From Toensbergia leucococca (Eukaryota): 64,000 bases of DNA. The position numbers and the translations under genes were made by a program. The stretch spans positions 1-64,000 of the forward strand of contig JALDZS010000016.1 in NCBI GenBank assembly GCA_022813965.1, written 5' to 3'. The notes beneath the pieces were generated by a model. The model worked only from the letters and a program-made list of their open reading frames with translations. It was not told the DNA's origin and searched no databases. Of this stretch, positions 1-10,994 are shown in pieces (the first letter of the stretch is position 1; each line of letters starts with the position of its first letter).

Positions 1-282
1 GCTTACAGGTAGATGTTATCTTATATACCAAAAGTCCTTTAGTCTGGAAAAGTCGATTTTGGAACCATATCTTATATACTAGTAGTATATAGTAAACTAA
101 ATATATCTTATACGCCAGATTATACGCTATACGTCTCGAACCGCATAAAAGTCCCTTTATTTCACAAGACTCACTGCAGGGTTTTCTCTGTCGCCCTCAC
201 CCGCTAATGCTCCCCTTTGATTCTCCTAATTCGTCTCTAACAAAAGCGGTAGAGAATTTTCATCGTCCAGGGTGGAGGCCAA

Positions 283-354
283 GGGGGAAAAATTGACGGC
301 CGATCGTTTTGCGATTTTTCCACCAAACGATCGGCCCGTCAATTTTTTCGCCCC
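283..354. repeat. Imperfect inverted repeat (~22-bp stem) downstream of the NLR stop codon
   Basis: aaaaattgacggccgatcgttt (288-309) pairs with aaacgatcggcccgtcaattttt (325-347) with one bulge; it is flanked by ggggg and cccc. Confidence 0.8.
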
Positions 355-465
355 GGCCTCGGATGGAATGGTAGCGCGTTAGGCTGCGCGGCAATGGAGC
401 GAAGGAAAGCTTGGTTGTGTATGTGATGCGATCGTTTCCTGGGGCAGGAAACATCATCGGCTCAT

Positions 466-3400
466 CTAGCCAGTGGAAGATTCATTGGCCGGTATGGGTC
501 TACTCACCATCCCTACAGCGTATGCCATCTTGCCATCTTGTCCAATCGCTCGATACACGGTAGCCAGTGCACGCTGCGAAGCAAGCCGAGAGGGATGATC
601 TTCGGCCAGTTTTTCTTTTTTAACCTTGACGACATGCTCAAGTAGCTTAATGGCTTTGTCAACTTGCTCATTCCCATGATACGCCCTAGCCAGTGTATGC
701 TGTGAAGCAAGCCGGTTAGGATGATCTTCAGCCAGCTTTTCTTGAATCTTGACAACATGCTCAAGCAGCTTAACGGCTTTGTCAACTTGTCCATTTGCTT
801 GATAAGTCACAGCGAGCTCATGCTGCGAAACAAGCCGGTCAGGATGATCTTCAGCCAGCTTTTCTTCAACCTTGACAACATGCTCAAGCAGCTTAACGGC
901 TTTGTCAACTTGTCCATTCATATGATAAGCCCTAGCGAGCTCATGCTGCGAAACAAGCCGGTCAGGATGATCTTCAGCCAGCTTTTCTTCAACCTTGACA
1001 ACATGCTCAAGCAGCTTAACGGCTTTGTTAACTTGTCCATTTGCTTGATAAGTCACAGCGAGCGCATGCTGCGAAGCAAACCGGTCAGGATGATCTTCAG
1101 CCAGCTTTTCTTCAACCTTGACAACATGCTCAAGCAGCTTAACGGCTTTGCCAACTTGCCCATTTGCTTGATAAGCCACAGCGAGCGCATGCTGCGAAGC
1201 AAGCCGATCAGGATGATCTTCAGCCAGCTTTTCTTTAACCTTGACAACATGCTCAAGCAGCTTAACGGCTTTGTCAACTTGCCCATTTGCTTGATAAGTC
1301 ACAGCGAGCGCATGCTGCGAAGCAAGCTGAGAGGGATGATCTTCAGCCAGCTTTTCTTGAACTTTGACAACATGCTCAAGCAGCTTAACGGCTTTGTCAA
1401 CTTGTCCATTTGCTTGATAAGCCCTAGCGAGCTCATGCTGTGAAGCAAGCTGATCAGGATGATCTTCAGGCAGCTTTTCTTCAACCTTGACAACATGCTC
1501 AAGCAGCTGAACAGCTTTGTCAACTTGTCCATTTGCTTGATAAGCCCCAGCGAGCTCATGCTGCGAAGCAAGCTGAGAGGGATGATCTTCAGGCAGCTTT
1601 TCTTGAATCTTGACAACATGCTCAAGCAGCTTAACGGCTTTGTCAACTTGTCCATTCATATAATAAGCCCTAGCGAGCACATGCTGCGAAACAAGCTGAG
1701 AGGGATGATCTTCATTTAGTTTTTCTTTTTTAACCTTGACGACATGCTCAAGCAGCTTAATGGCTTTGTCAACTTGTCCATTTGCTTCATAAGCCCTAGC
1801 GAGCTCATGCTGCGAAACAAGCCGGTCAGGATGATCTTCAGCCAGCTTTTCTCGAACCTTGACGACATCCTCAATCAGCCCAATGGCTTCTTTGACGTCT
1901 CCGCAGTTTAGTAAGCACATACTGTAGAGATGTCGAATGTCTTCACTATATGTAGATTTTGTCCAAGATTGATCCGCATCTATAAAGNNNNNNNNNCCCA
2001 GCTCAGTCGAAAGAAAGATTGATGAAGATGATGTTTGTTGCTGTAGAGGAAATCACTAGGTGAGGATTTTTTGATCAGCTCGATATGAGGCTGGAGCTGC
2101 ACCCACAAAGCTTCCTGCTGGTAAGGATTCCTGATCGAAAGACAAAGGACAGCGAGTGCGCCCAGCCAAGTGTTAGCGCAATTTTTTTGCTTCTCTAGGC
2201 GGTACCTAGCCCATATATGCGTGACAGGATGCATCCTTGTTTTGTGTGCGGGTAAGTCGAGTATAACAATGGAGAGAGAGGCGAGTAAAGATTGGGCCTC
2301 GCGAAGAGATATCGTGTCGAGATCTTCAGACGAATCTTGCCGCATAAAAAGCGGAAGATGAGATCTATGCTCAGGTGAAAGGTCGTCTATGAGCTCATTA
2401 CGAGAAATCTTTCTTGAGTTCCGCCACGCCTCTTCGAATGCCACCTCTGGAAAGTCTGTAAAGCTCATAAAAGCATAGAAATTGAGTAGCTCAAGTGCAT
2501 CTGTCGCAATCTTATTTTTGCAATCTCTTAGGCCGCTCAGGTAAGTAGCTGACACCTCAAAGGTAGCGTAGACACCGCCGTATTGCGACTTTGCTTGGTT
2601 AGAACAAAATCCCAAAAGTCGCCCCCGTTGGACCTCAAACTCTTTCTTGTAGTCTCCAAGATCACAGATTCCTTGTCTAATAGATGCACCAGCCTGAATG
2701 ATTGCGAGAGCAAGGTGGCCTAAAAGATCCACGATTTCTAGAGCCTTAGCAGCATGTGTGTCATACAAACTTGGGTCGATATCACAGGCTTTCAAGAGAA
2801 GCTCGACCGCTGTTTCTTCACTAAGCCTTTCGTAACAGTCCTTTCCAGCCGTCTGGAGAATTGCACATTCTTTGACGCGTGAAGTTACTAGGACGTTTCC
2901 TCTGGATGCGGCAGGTAGATATTCAGCATAGTCAATTTTTGGGTCATCGGCGTTGTCTAAAATAAGTAACCAAGAGTGAGGGGTGTTCTGGAGCCATAGT
3001 TTGGCACCTTCAAAGCTCTTGTCGTATAGGTCGCACATCTTGGCAATATCCACGAAACCGCGGTTAAGTGAACTTCTGCTTCTCGCATCGATCCAAAAGA
3101 CACCCCAAAACCTGCGATACTAATAATCAGCTTAGGCGTTTAATTGACTAAGCGATAACATACTCTGCGCGATTATCATACGCGAACTTTAGAGCCACTT
3201 CGCTCTTTCCGGACCCCCCCATACCATGAATCACGTATGTTCTCGGCTGTGCTGTTTGCGGGTTCGTCGAATGAGAGGGACATAGCGATTGTTGGAGATC
3301 CTTGCACTCCTTCGCTCGGCCTGTAAACAGTGGATTTAATTGTCGCGAAACCATAAAATACTCATTATGGATATTTACAGCTAAGTTGAGCGTGTCAGTA

Positions 3401-4517
3401 AGAGAAAAGGGCTGTAATAATCTAGTGTAGTTCACTACCCAAGGAGAGATCTTACCTTCTCGTTGAGCAAGAGCTATCCTTTTTGCTTCTCCCACCATAT
3501 TCTTGATTGTACTACTGACCAGCTCGAAGTTCGCGTCGTCAGGGCCGCGGAACTTGTTCATCATCACATGGGACGCGTCAAGCTGTTGTTTTGGAAGTCC
3601 CAATAAGCATGCAGAGTCTTCTTCCACGAGCTATGCAGTATTGATTTTGATTAGCTATGCTCAGTTAGCTAAACAAGACGTCTCACAATTATCTTTGTTA
3701 TTGTCCAGAATGTTGTTATCCAGGCTGGGAGTATTGCGTTGGCTACTTGACTCTGTTTGGATTCCCAGAAACACTTCGTCATTGTCTGCATTGGACGAGC
3801 TGTAATCACTTTGACGAATCGATCCGATGTATCACGTAGTACTTTAGTACCGCCATCCAGATCTTGAAGCAGCGTCTGTGAAGGGGTTTCGTCGAGAATA
3901 CCCGCCAGCATAGCTCTCCACTGAGCAGCCGTTCCGGCGCGTGTGCCTTGAAGAGGAGACCCTAGGAAGATAACCCCGGATGTTGCAACGACCAACTTCT
4001 GATATTGGCTTCCTTTGATATTGGCAATCTCGAGAGCCTACAAGCCTTTAGTAATCAACTTTCTTAAGCTCTATAAAAGGTTCTATCTAACCTTTGTAAT
4101 GATGAGTCCCCCAAAGGACGACGCTATGAAAATAAGCGGTCTTGGGTGCGTGTTTTCCTATACCGAAACTCAGAGAATTCATCAAGAGTGTATTGATTCT
4201 ACCTTGTCCCGCTGGCTTTGAAGCTTACTCAAGAGAACTTCTGCCACGTCTTGTATACGTACAATAGGCGCATTCTTGTAGTAATTTGAATTCCAAGTGA
4301 AGGTGAAAATATTAGCGGAGGGAACGACATTGGGCAGCATGTCATGGTCACTAAGCCAATTGACCTGTGTTCTTTGAGTACCACATGCTTGGTCTCCTCT
4401 GGCTTCCCATGTTCTAGGAGAGGTGGTTCCAAGGCCGTGTATAGCAATAATACTTTAGATATATCAGTGAGAATTTGGCGCCAATCATGGAGTACTTATA
4501 CTCTGCGGATGTGGCAT
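466..4517 (-). CDS. NLR-like STAND protein: N-terminal SesB/PGAP1-like alpha/beta hydrolase, NB-ARC NTPase, C-terminal TPR repeats (multi-exon; N-gap at 1988-1996)
   Basis: Manual splicing gives IIAIHGLG..TW..VNWLSD, RPLIFIASSFGGLII (nucleophile elbow), GVIFLGSP, and LDASHVMMNKF. The NB-ARC has NPLFTGR, Walker A GMGGSGKS, VFWIDA, Walker B LLILDNAD, GHLALAI and RMHP. Eleven EDHP-xLxSQHxLA repeats follow. The start codon (4517) is tentative. Confidence 0.9.
532..1900 (-). repeat. Coding tandem array of near-identical TPR units (123 bp/41 aa internal units, 126 bp/42 aa outer units)
   Basis: The anchor gatgatc recurs at 594, 720, 843, 966 and onward to 1830. The span of 1236 bp equals 2x126 + 8x123. 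Confidence 0.95.
1988..1996. other. Assembly gap (9 N) inside the NLR CDS
   Basis: Run of n. The frames are open up to both sides of the gap but are offset, so the gap length is probably not exact. Confidence 0.95.
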
Positions 4518-5561
4518 CTTTGCTCAGACGAGAAGATGAGACTTGAAGTAAGTGACCGTTGGGAATATCAGGAACATCGGTATAGGTCTAAATTACGAAT
4601 ATTGGGTTAGAAATGGACTCATTATTATAAAAATAATTCTCTACTTACAGCCATCAGAGTAGTCCCTCCAAGCGCATAAGTTTAAGTTATGCTAGTTTTA
4701 CTTGACCGTGAAATTTGAGTTTGTCTAGATATTGTAGGCATTGTAATGTCTAAAAGAAAGGATCCTGCAAAGTGGGTTTTCAACTACGCACTGAGCGCCA
4801 GATTGTAGAGGAATCAGCAGGGAGAGCTGATAAGGCTAGGTTCGCCCGCATCTTCAGCTCCAAGCGCCAGTCTAAGATCGAGGAGCGAGGGTCAACTGCA
4901 AAAGGACCCAGATAGGATTAGCCCCAAGACCTTAACCTTACCTAAGGTAGTTCGCACGTGGATGCTTCTGGCCCTAGAATAGATTACCACCTTGATGGTA
5001 TGAAACGACGCTAGTGTACTACTGGTACCTTCAAGGCTGCAGGACTAGAATTTGGTGAAATGATTGCGTCAATCTGCAATCCAATTTATCACTCTTAATG
5101 TTGTAATTAGGGCAGTAGACTCACTCAGAGGATTGTTGATCCTTGCCTACACACATGTAGCCTAGAATCCTTGATAGGTTTGCTCTTTAGTAATGCAACC
5201 ACTCATGCCATAACATCATCACACAAGAGTTAACCATATTACCCCCACTAAAGATAAGGTACACACACTTTACCTACAAGGTCCAGGATTGACGGCAGAG
5301 CGGGGCCTGGTCTACCCGTCCTGTACGCACTGTGGCACTTAATTCCGAGGCCCGCGTTTGGCGTATCTTGCCCCTGGAACGCAACTCCTAGCTCTTTCTT
5401 TTCAATGAAGAGCAGACTATCCGTATACATGCCCACTTTTGCTGAAGCTACAGCTTCCTGAACCCGGTTCATCACAATAATGCAGGACATTGGTGATTGC
5501 AAATACCGTTTCAAGTAGCGTGGCGACAATGCGGGCTGATTAGCAAGGTTTTGCAAACAAC

Positions 5562-6650
5562 GATGGACGTCCCTTTTTCGTCAGAAGTTGAGCTCAACAA
5601 ACAGCTAGAATTGGGAGCTGTCGTACAAGATACTAATCTTCGCCGTTCTGATGGGAGTGGTATCTCTTTACCAGGGCAACCGCGAGTCGCCTTAAACGAA
5701 TTAACGGAATTGAAGCAATATTTGGATGAAGAACATTCGACGACTGAGCTGGATACGCTGGCTCCGAAGCTCTGGCTAGTAAGTACAAGGATCATACTAA
5801 GTGAAAGCTTAAAATAATTGAGGAAACTAAGGTTTCAACACCTCGATATTGGCATATATCACCCCTGCACCATCAAGCAGTTCGGGGACGAAACATTATC
5901 GTTATAGAAAACCCTCAGCTGCATCTCGTCTGGTACTACGACCGTATATATATTAAGCCTATTCCCAGGTACCTGCTATCGCACGCATTCTGGGAATTCT
6001 TGAATACGCAGCCGATTGAGCTTCGTAGAGCAATCGCCGGCTTTGCACGAACATATTCATACCTTATTCGGTACGAGTGTGATTTCCGGTTAGCCACTAG
6101 TAGCGAGCATCAGCTGGCTTTGATTCCGGAAGACGATGGCTCGGTTCAAGCTGATGGATCCAACCATATCACTTTTGAACGCTTTGCCAGATTCATTGCT
6201 GCTTTTCAGAAGCTGCCCGATGATAGCGTTAGTCCGAGATATCACTATGGAGAGCTCCGTCTCAGTCGTCTGAATATGTGTGCTCGAGTCTTCCTAAGGA
6301 AGCTTACATTCCACCATATCGACGCGCAGTGGGGTGCATATCTAGGACGCTTCCTTGCCCCAATACTTTCCATTTTTGCAATACTGTCTGTTGCTTTGAG
6401 TGCCATGCAAGTAGAGCTCGGCGTACAGGGTTCTTTGCAGAATTCATTACCGAAATGGACTTACTTTGCTTATGTCTCACGATGGTTTTCATGTCTGATA
6501 CTTGTCATGATCGCTATTACAGTCACGTTTTTTAGTCTGTTGATAGCATTCATGGTACTTCATGATATCTGGTTTGCAAGGTCTGTACTACGGCAAAGAC
6601 GCCGGGCTCCAGTCAAGATCTCGAACAAATTCAAGTCTGGGGTAGTATAG
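5562..6650 (+). CDS. DUF6601-like fungal protein with two C-terminal hydrophobic helices (intron ~5779-5831)
   Basis: Spliced sequence LWL|VSTP..ISPLHHQAVRGRNIIVIENPQLHLVWYYDRIYIKPIPRYLLSHAFWEFL, then RYHYGELRLSRLN and LSVALSAMQVEL. These motifs are recognised from the DUF6601 family. The intron is GTAAGT..AAG. Confidence 0.8.
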
Positions 6651-8816
6651 TTCTGCAGACGTTTACGTTATATGCAAAGTTAAAGCTAGTCCCTTGAATA
6701 TCTACTTTTTCCTGGCTAAGCAAAGGATGGTTAGTCAAAATCAGATGGCTAAAGTAGTATGAGTGAATGAGGACATAAGAATCGTGTTAGCTCATATAAT
6801 CAAGGATAAGAGAGGTTCCAATTTCAGAACATTTGTTAGAAATATATCTCAAGAATGATAGCTCCTCTTATCGTGGGAATTACGTCAAAGTTACAGCTTT
6901 TACTTCTAGGTATTCTACTCGACAGGCAGAAGTGAAGGCTCGATTGTGACTGAGCGTAGAGCTTGGGGCGGCCATAAGCGCCTGAAACTTACTCGCAGAG
7001 TTTCAGAAATGGCTTCTTTCAGAACGATGAAAGCTTTGCAAACAAAAATCTCATCAGGCAGTTGACAACTAAATTGGTTCAAAAACAGAATATCTCATCA
7101 GCTTTTTCCTCTGCTAAAATATAGCCCAGATATAATGACGTCCCTGCGGGCTGGGGTCGTCTCCTAAATCCTTCTTGTCCCAATCCCCTCTTCACCTCTT
7201 CCGGAAAAAATGGAACAATAGGGGCTATCGAGCAATTCTGGGGCCTAATGAGCTCACAGTCCGTCATTCAAGTCAAAAAAGAGTGGAAGGCGCTTAGACT
7301 CCTTCACACTCATCTTATATCTCTATTCCTGTGTGCACTGTTGCCGTTAGCATGATCCTTGGTCATCGCCTCGTCTCAATGTATTCTGAGGTCTTCAAGA
7401 TTGTGGAGGAAGTCAAGTTGCGGCGTTCATATTTTGCGGTAGTATGAGTCACTCAGATGCTTGTATAGATATGCTTAGAATTTTTGCAGCTTGAGAGAGA
7501 GCCGTCTTCCTCACTCTGATGAAGATCATGAATCATTGTAGTATGCTAGATAAGGTGTTAAAAGAGCAAGTTTCAGACACTGAAACTTCTGCTCAAACTG
7601 AAGACAGAAACACTCTAAGACGTATCGATATGTGTCTATCACAAGGGCAACCTTCGCATACGGTGGCCACCCATGTTCCCTTTCAATCAGATGATACAGG
7701 TGCTTCAACAAAGGACGCGACCGCAAGTGCTATTTCATCCTAACCCTAAGGCATTCTACGTGACAGCACCACGCTAAATGCAGAGCAATTCATAACAGTA
7801 TGTTATTTGAATTATGATGTACATAGAGCATGCACATAGAGCACATGGATCGTCAATTGTTTAGGTGAGCCACAATTCCTACTGTTCATTTGTCCTCTTC
7901 AAAGAGATACCCCATGGTTAGCATGTTCGTCGATGTACCGAGTGTGCACAAAGTCCTCAGTATCCTCTTGAAATACGCAGGTTTGCCGCGAGCGTGCCTA
8001 GCACTTTAATCGCGTCTGGCGTCCTTAGCTCAACGTCCATGGTCCAGCCAAAATGAAACCATGGGTGAAGTCTTGAGCTGTGATTCGTAACTTGATTTCC
8101 GTACGAATGAAATCGTCACTGGTCACGCTTGGTTCTTTTTGAGGACGGACGTCCTTGGACTTGGTTTGGTTTCAAGTCAGTGAATGTTTTCACTTCCCTA
8201 CTGACGATTTTATTATTTAGTCAAAAGCGTCAAGCTCCCATCCATCATCGCTAATTCTCTTAATCCATGGGCCCTCAACAAGGGAAGCTTTGTTCATTGT
8301 TCAAACAGCTTCTTGCTGTTCGCTCATTTCCGCTGTAACAGAAAACCATCCATCCTTCTCTTTCATGCTTCAGGTTTCTAAAACAACAGCGATTTCAGTG
8401 TTTGTGCGGAACTGAACACCTTAGGGAGATTACTAACATTTGCAAATTCCCAGTGGAGATGTCCGAACTCCAAGTCCCCCTGAAACGAGCCCACAAACAA
8501 CTTCCACCCCGAGATCTAATGCGCCTAGAGTAGGAGTACTCATACCCTGTTGAGCCCATCCACGGTGTATCATTGATATCACCCTCATGGATGTTTTGAC
8601 TGATAAAGGCGATCAATGGAAGGCATCAATCAAATCGAATGGGGGTTCAGAGCTTCGTTTTGATTTCATCTATCAAAAGAGACAGAAACCATTCTATGGC
8701 TGTCTAGAAAGGAATCATATAATCTCTTCCTTACAATTTGACACAAATACAGAGAATTTCTTAAGCTTCGGGACCGAAGACACTTTTGCTAGTGCCACAA
8801 TCCTTTCTCCCTTGCA

Positions 8817-10994
8817 CTATCGACTTGCTGCGACGAGTAGACGCTGAAATGCTTCCGTCGTTTCCACCCTAACGTCATGTCGAAGACTCGTAAAACATTC
8901 CTCAGGAGTTCGTCCATAGCTATCCAGCGCCATCAAATCGATGGCAGAAAGGTCTTGCTGGCTTAGAACATCCATTACCTCAGCCTCGCCCGTCCAAGCA
9001 GCATAATGTATAATCGTTCGCTGGAGATTGTCTTTGACATCAAGGCGAAGACCATGAGCGCAAAGATATGCAAAATTTTCTGCTTGATTGAACTCGATCG
9101 CGAAGTAGAGTGCATTACGACCACGCTCATCAGTTGTCTCGATTAGCCGTGAGAGTTGCTCGCCATGGCACATTTCCATGAAGGCTTGAACGATTCTCGG
9201 CGCTCGTTGAGCTGCAAAGTGCAAAGGAGAACGCATCGACCGATCCGTGATAGTTGGATCGGCGCCGAACTGTAGGAGTCTCCGGGCAGCTTGGTCGTTG
9301 GAATGACAGGATGCAAGTATCAACGGTGTTCTGCCTAGATTATCCTGAGCGTTGAGATGAGTCAGGTCTATGCGAAGATAATTATGAAGCTCTTCAGGGC
9401 TGTTCTGTAGGATTGCTACGTGCAACGATGTGAAACCAAGTCTTTCGGCAATATCGCTGCGGCTAATGAATTTGTAGGCTTCTGCTTTTGTCTCCGGAGT
9501 CGACTCGAGTGAGTGATGTGCGACCATTGCAACAGATAATGGGGTACTATGGCAAGGTTAGAAGCGGATATCCTGGATACCTATACTTACCGGCCGTAAG
9601 CATCTTCCCAGTCCATACTCCCTCCTTGAGACAGGACAAAGCGCGCTATATCCCAACGACGAAAACAAAAGGCATGCTAGATGGAAATGTCAGCATCTAA
9701 ATCCGGGAACCTGATACAATTCTGTCAAACGTCTGAACCATAAAGTAGAAAGGGGTTCCGTACATAAAGCAACGTCGTACCATCATGTCTAATATCGAAT
9801 GGAGAACATCTGAAGCTTTTTAGCAGTTCACGTACAGCAAGACCTCGGTTGAAGCGAATCGACTCCCAAATTGGGGCGTAGTACGGGACAATGCGCGGCA
9901 TTTGTATGGTCCAAGAGGCTCCTGGGCCTGATATATCCTGCCACGTCATGCTCAATATCAGCATTCGTCGCATGAGCCAGCTCGGAAAGACATAGGAAAC
10001 TCGCAAAGCGCCATGGTCACTCTGCTTGCATGTTGGAAGGCTACAGCAGCAACGGCTCAACCAAGGGATGGCGATATGACTGATGAAGAGGTATCCACAG
10101 AGATCTCGTAGCCATCGTGGCGTTTCTAGAGGCGTTCGAATATGGCAGCGACACGCGCATAGATAGTCACACTTCGTCGTCCCTAGAGTTCCAGCAATAT
10201 GGAAGAAATGGGTTTCATGATCATTGACCCCTAAAAGTCGCGATTGCCAGACTTCGAAGGTCGGAGTTAGTCTTTCTTGGGTGACAAGGGACATGGTGGG
10301 TAGGGCATCTGGAGCGTCAACCCATGCCTCGGACTCTGAAGCGTTAGACGACTCATCTGCGTTTTCTCTCACAGTTGCTTCTACCGGATGTTCGATAGCC
10401 TGCTGCCTTGGTATTGGTGAGCCAGTAATTTCAAATTCTTGCACATGTAGCAGCATGCGATACATCTGCTTGTTCTGCACAACCCTAGAAGCACGTGAGG
10501 ATCGATACAGAATACAAGCAAGACCCTTACAGGAAAGCGTTGATGGCTAAGCTCAAGTTGTTCCTCGCCTCCACGAGGTTGGATCGCAGAGAAGAGATAC
10601 GATTTTTGGTGCGAATCCAGCGTGGATAAGACACAGCGACATGGCTTTCGCCTGCTCCTTGTGTCTTAGTCAAGTTGCTCACAATTTCCTCGAGCTCTTC
10701 GAGGTAGCCTCGCAGCCGTTCCACGTGATGGCCAATGGAGGCGGTAGAAGGATTATGCTGCTCGTCTTGGTCAAGGACTATGTCTTTGATTTGCAGCAAC
10801 AGGCATTGCAAGTCATTCAGCTCACACCTGTTAGCAAGGGTGGATACAGTGGCATCAACGCATACTTCATTCCTCAGGATCACAAAATCTCGTGACACAT
10901 GTCGCAGCTTCCATGCACTCTCTACAACTTTGGCCGCCGCCCCAGCAGCTTGGAGGGTTGCAACAATACTAGCCGTGATGGAAAGTGGATCCAT
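8817..10994 (-). CDS. Protein with fungal STAND-type N-terminal (HeLo-like/SesA-like) domain, central Cys-rich domain and C-terminal ankyrin repeats (multi-exon)
   Basis: The N-terminus is MDPLSITASIVATLQ, followed by a helical bundle. The middle has CACRCH..CCCSLPTC..SYVFPSWL. Ankyrin motifs are GFTSLHVA, LGRTPLILA, RSPLHFAA, GRNALYFA and RTIIHYAA. The exons join in frame via AG-terminated introns with GT donors. Confidence 0.85.

Noticed and set aside
721..1719. Repetitive + strand ORFs (MIFSQLFFNLDNMLKQLNGF...)
   Set aside because: These are antisense shadows of the TPR array; a stop-free repeat unit propagates open frames.
594..1836. CRISPR-like array
   Set aside because: The units are contiguous coding repeats without unique spacers, in a eukaryotic gene.
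1980..2000. Frameshift or pseudogenisation of the NLR
   Set aside because: The frame change coincides exactly with the N gap, and both sides are open and protein-like.
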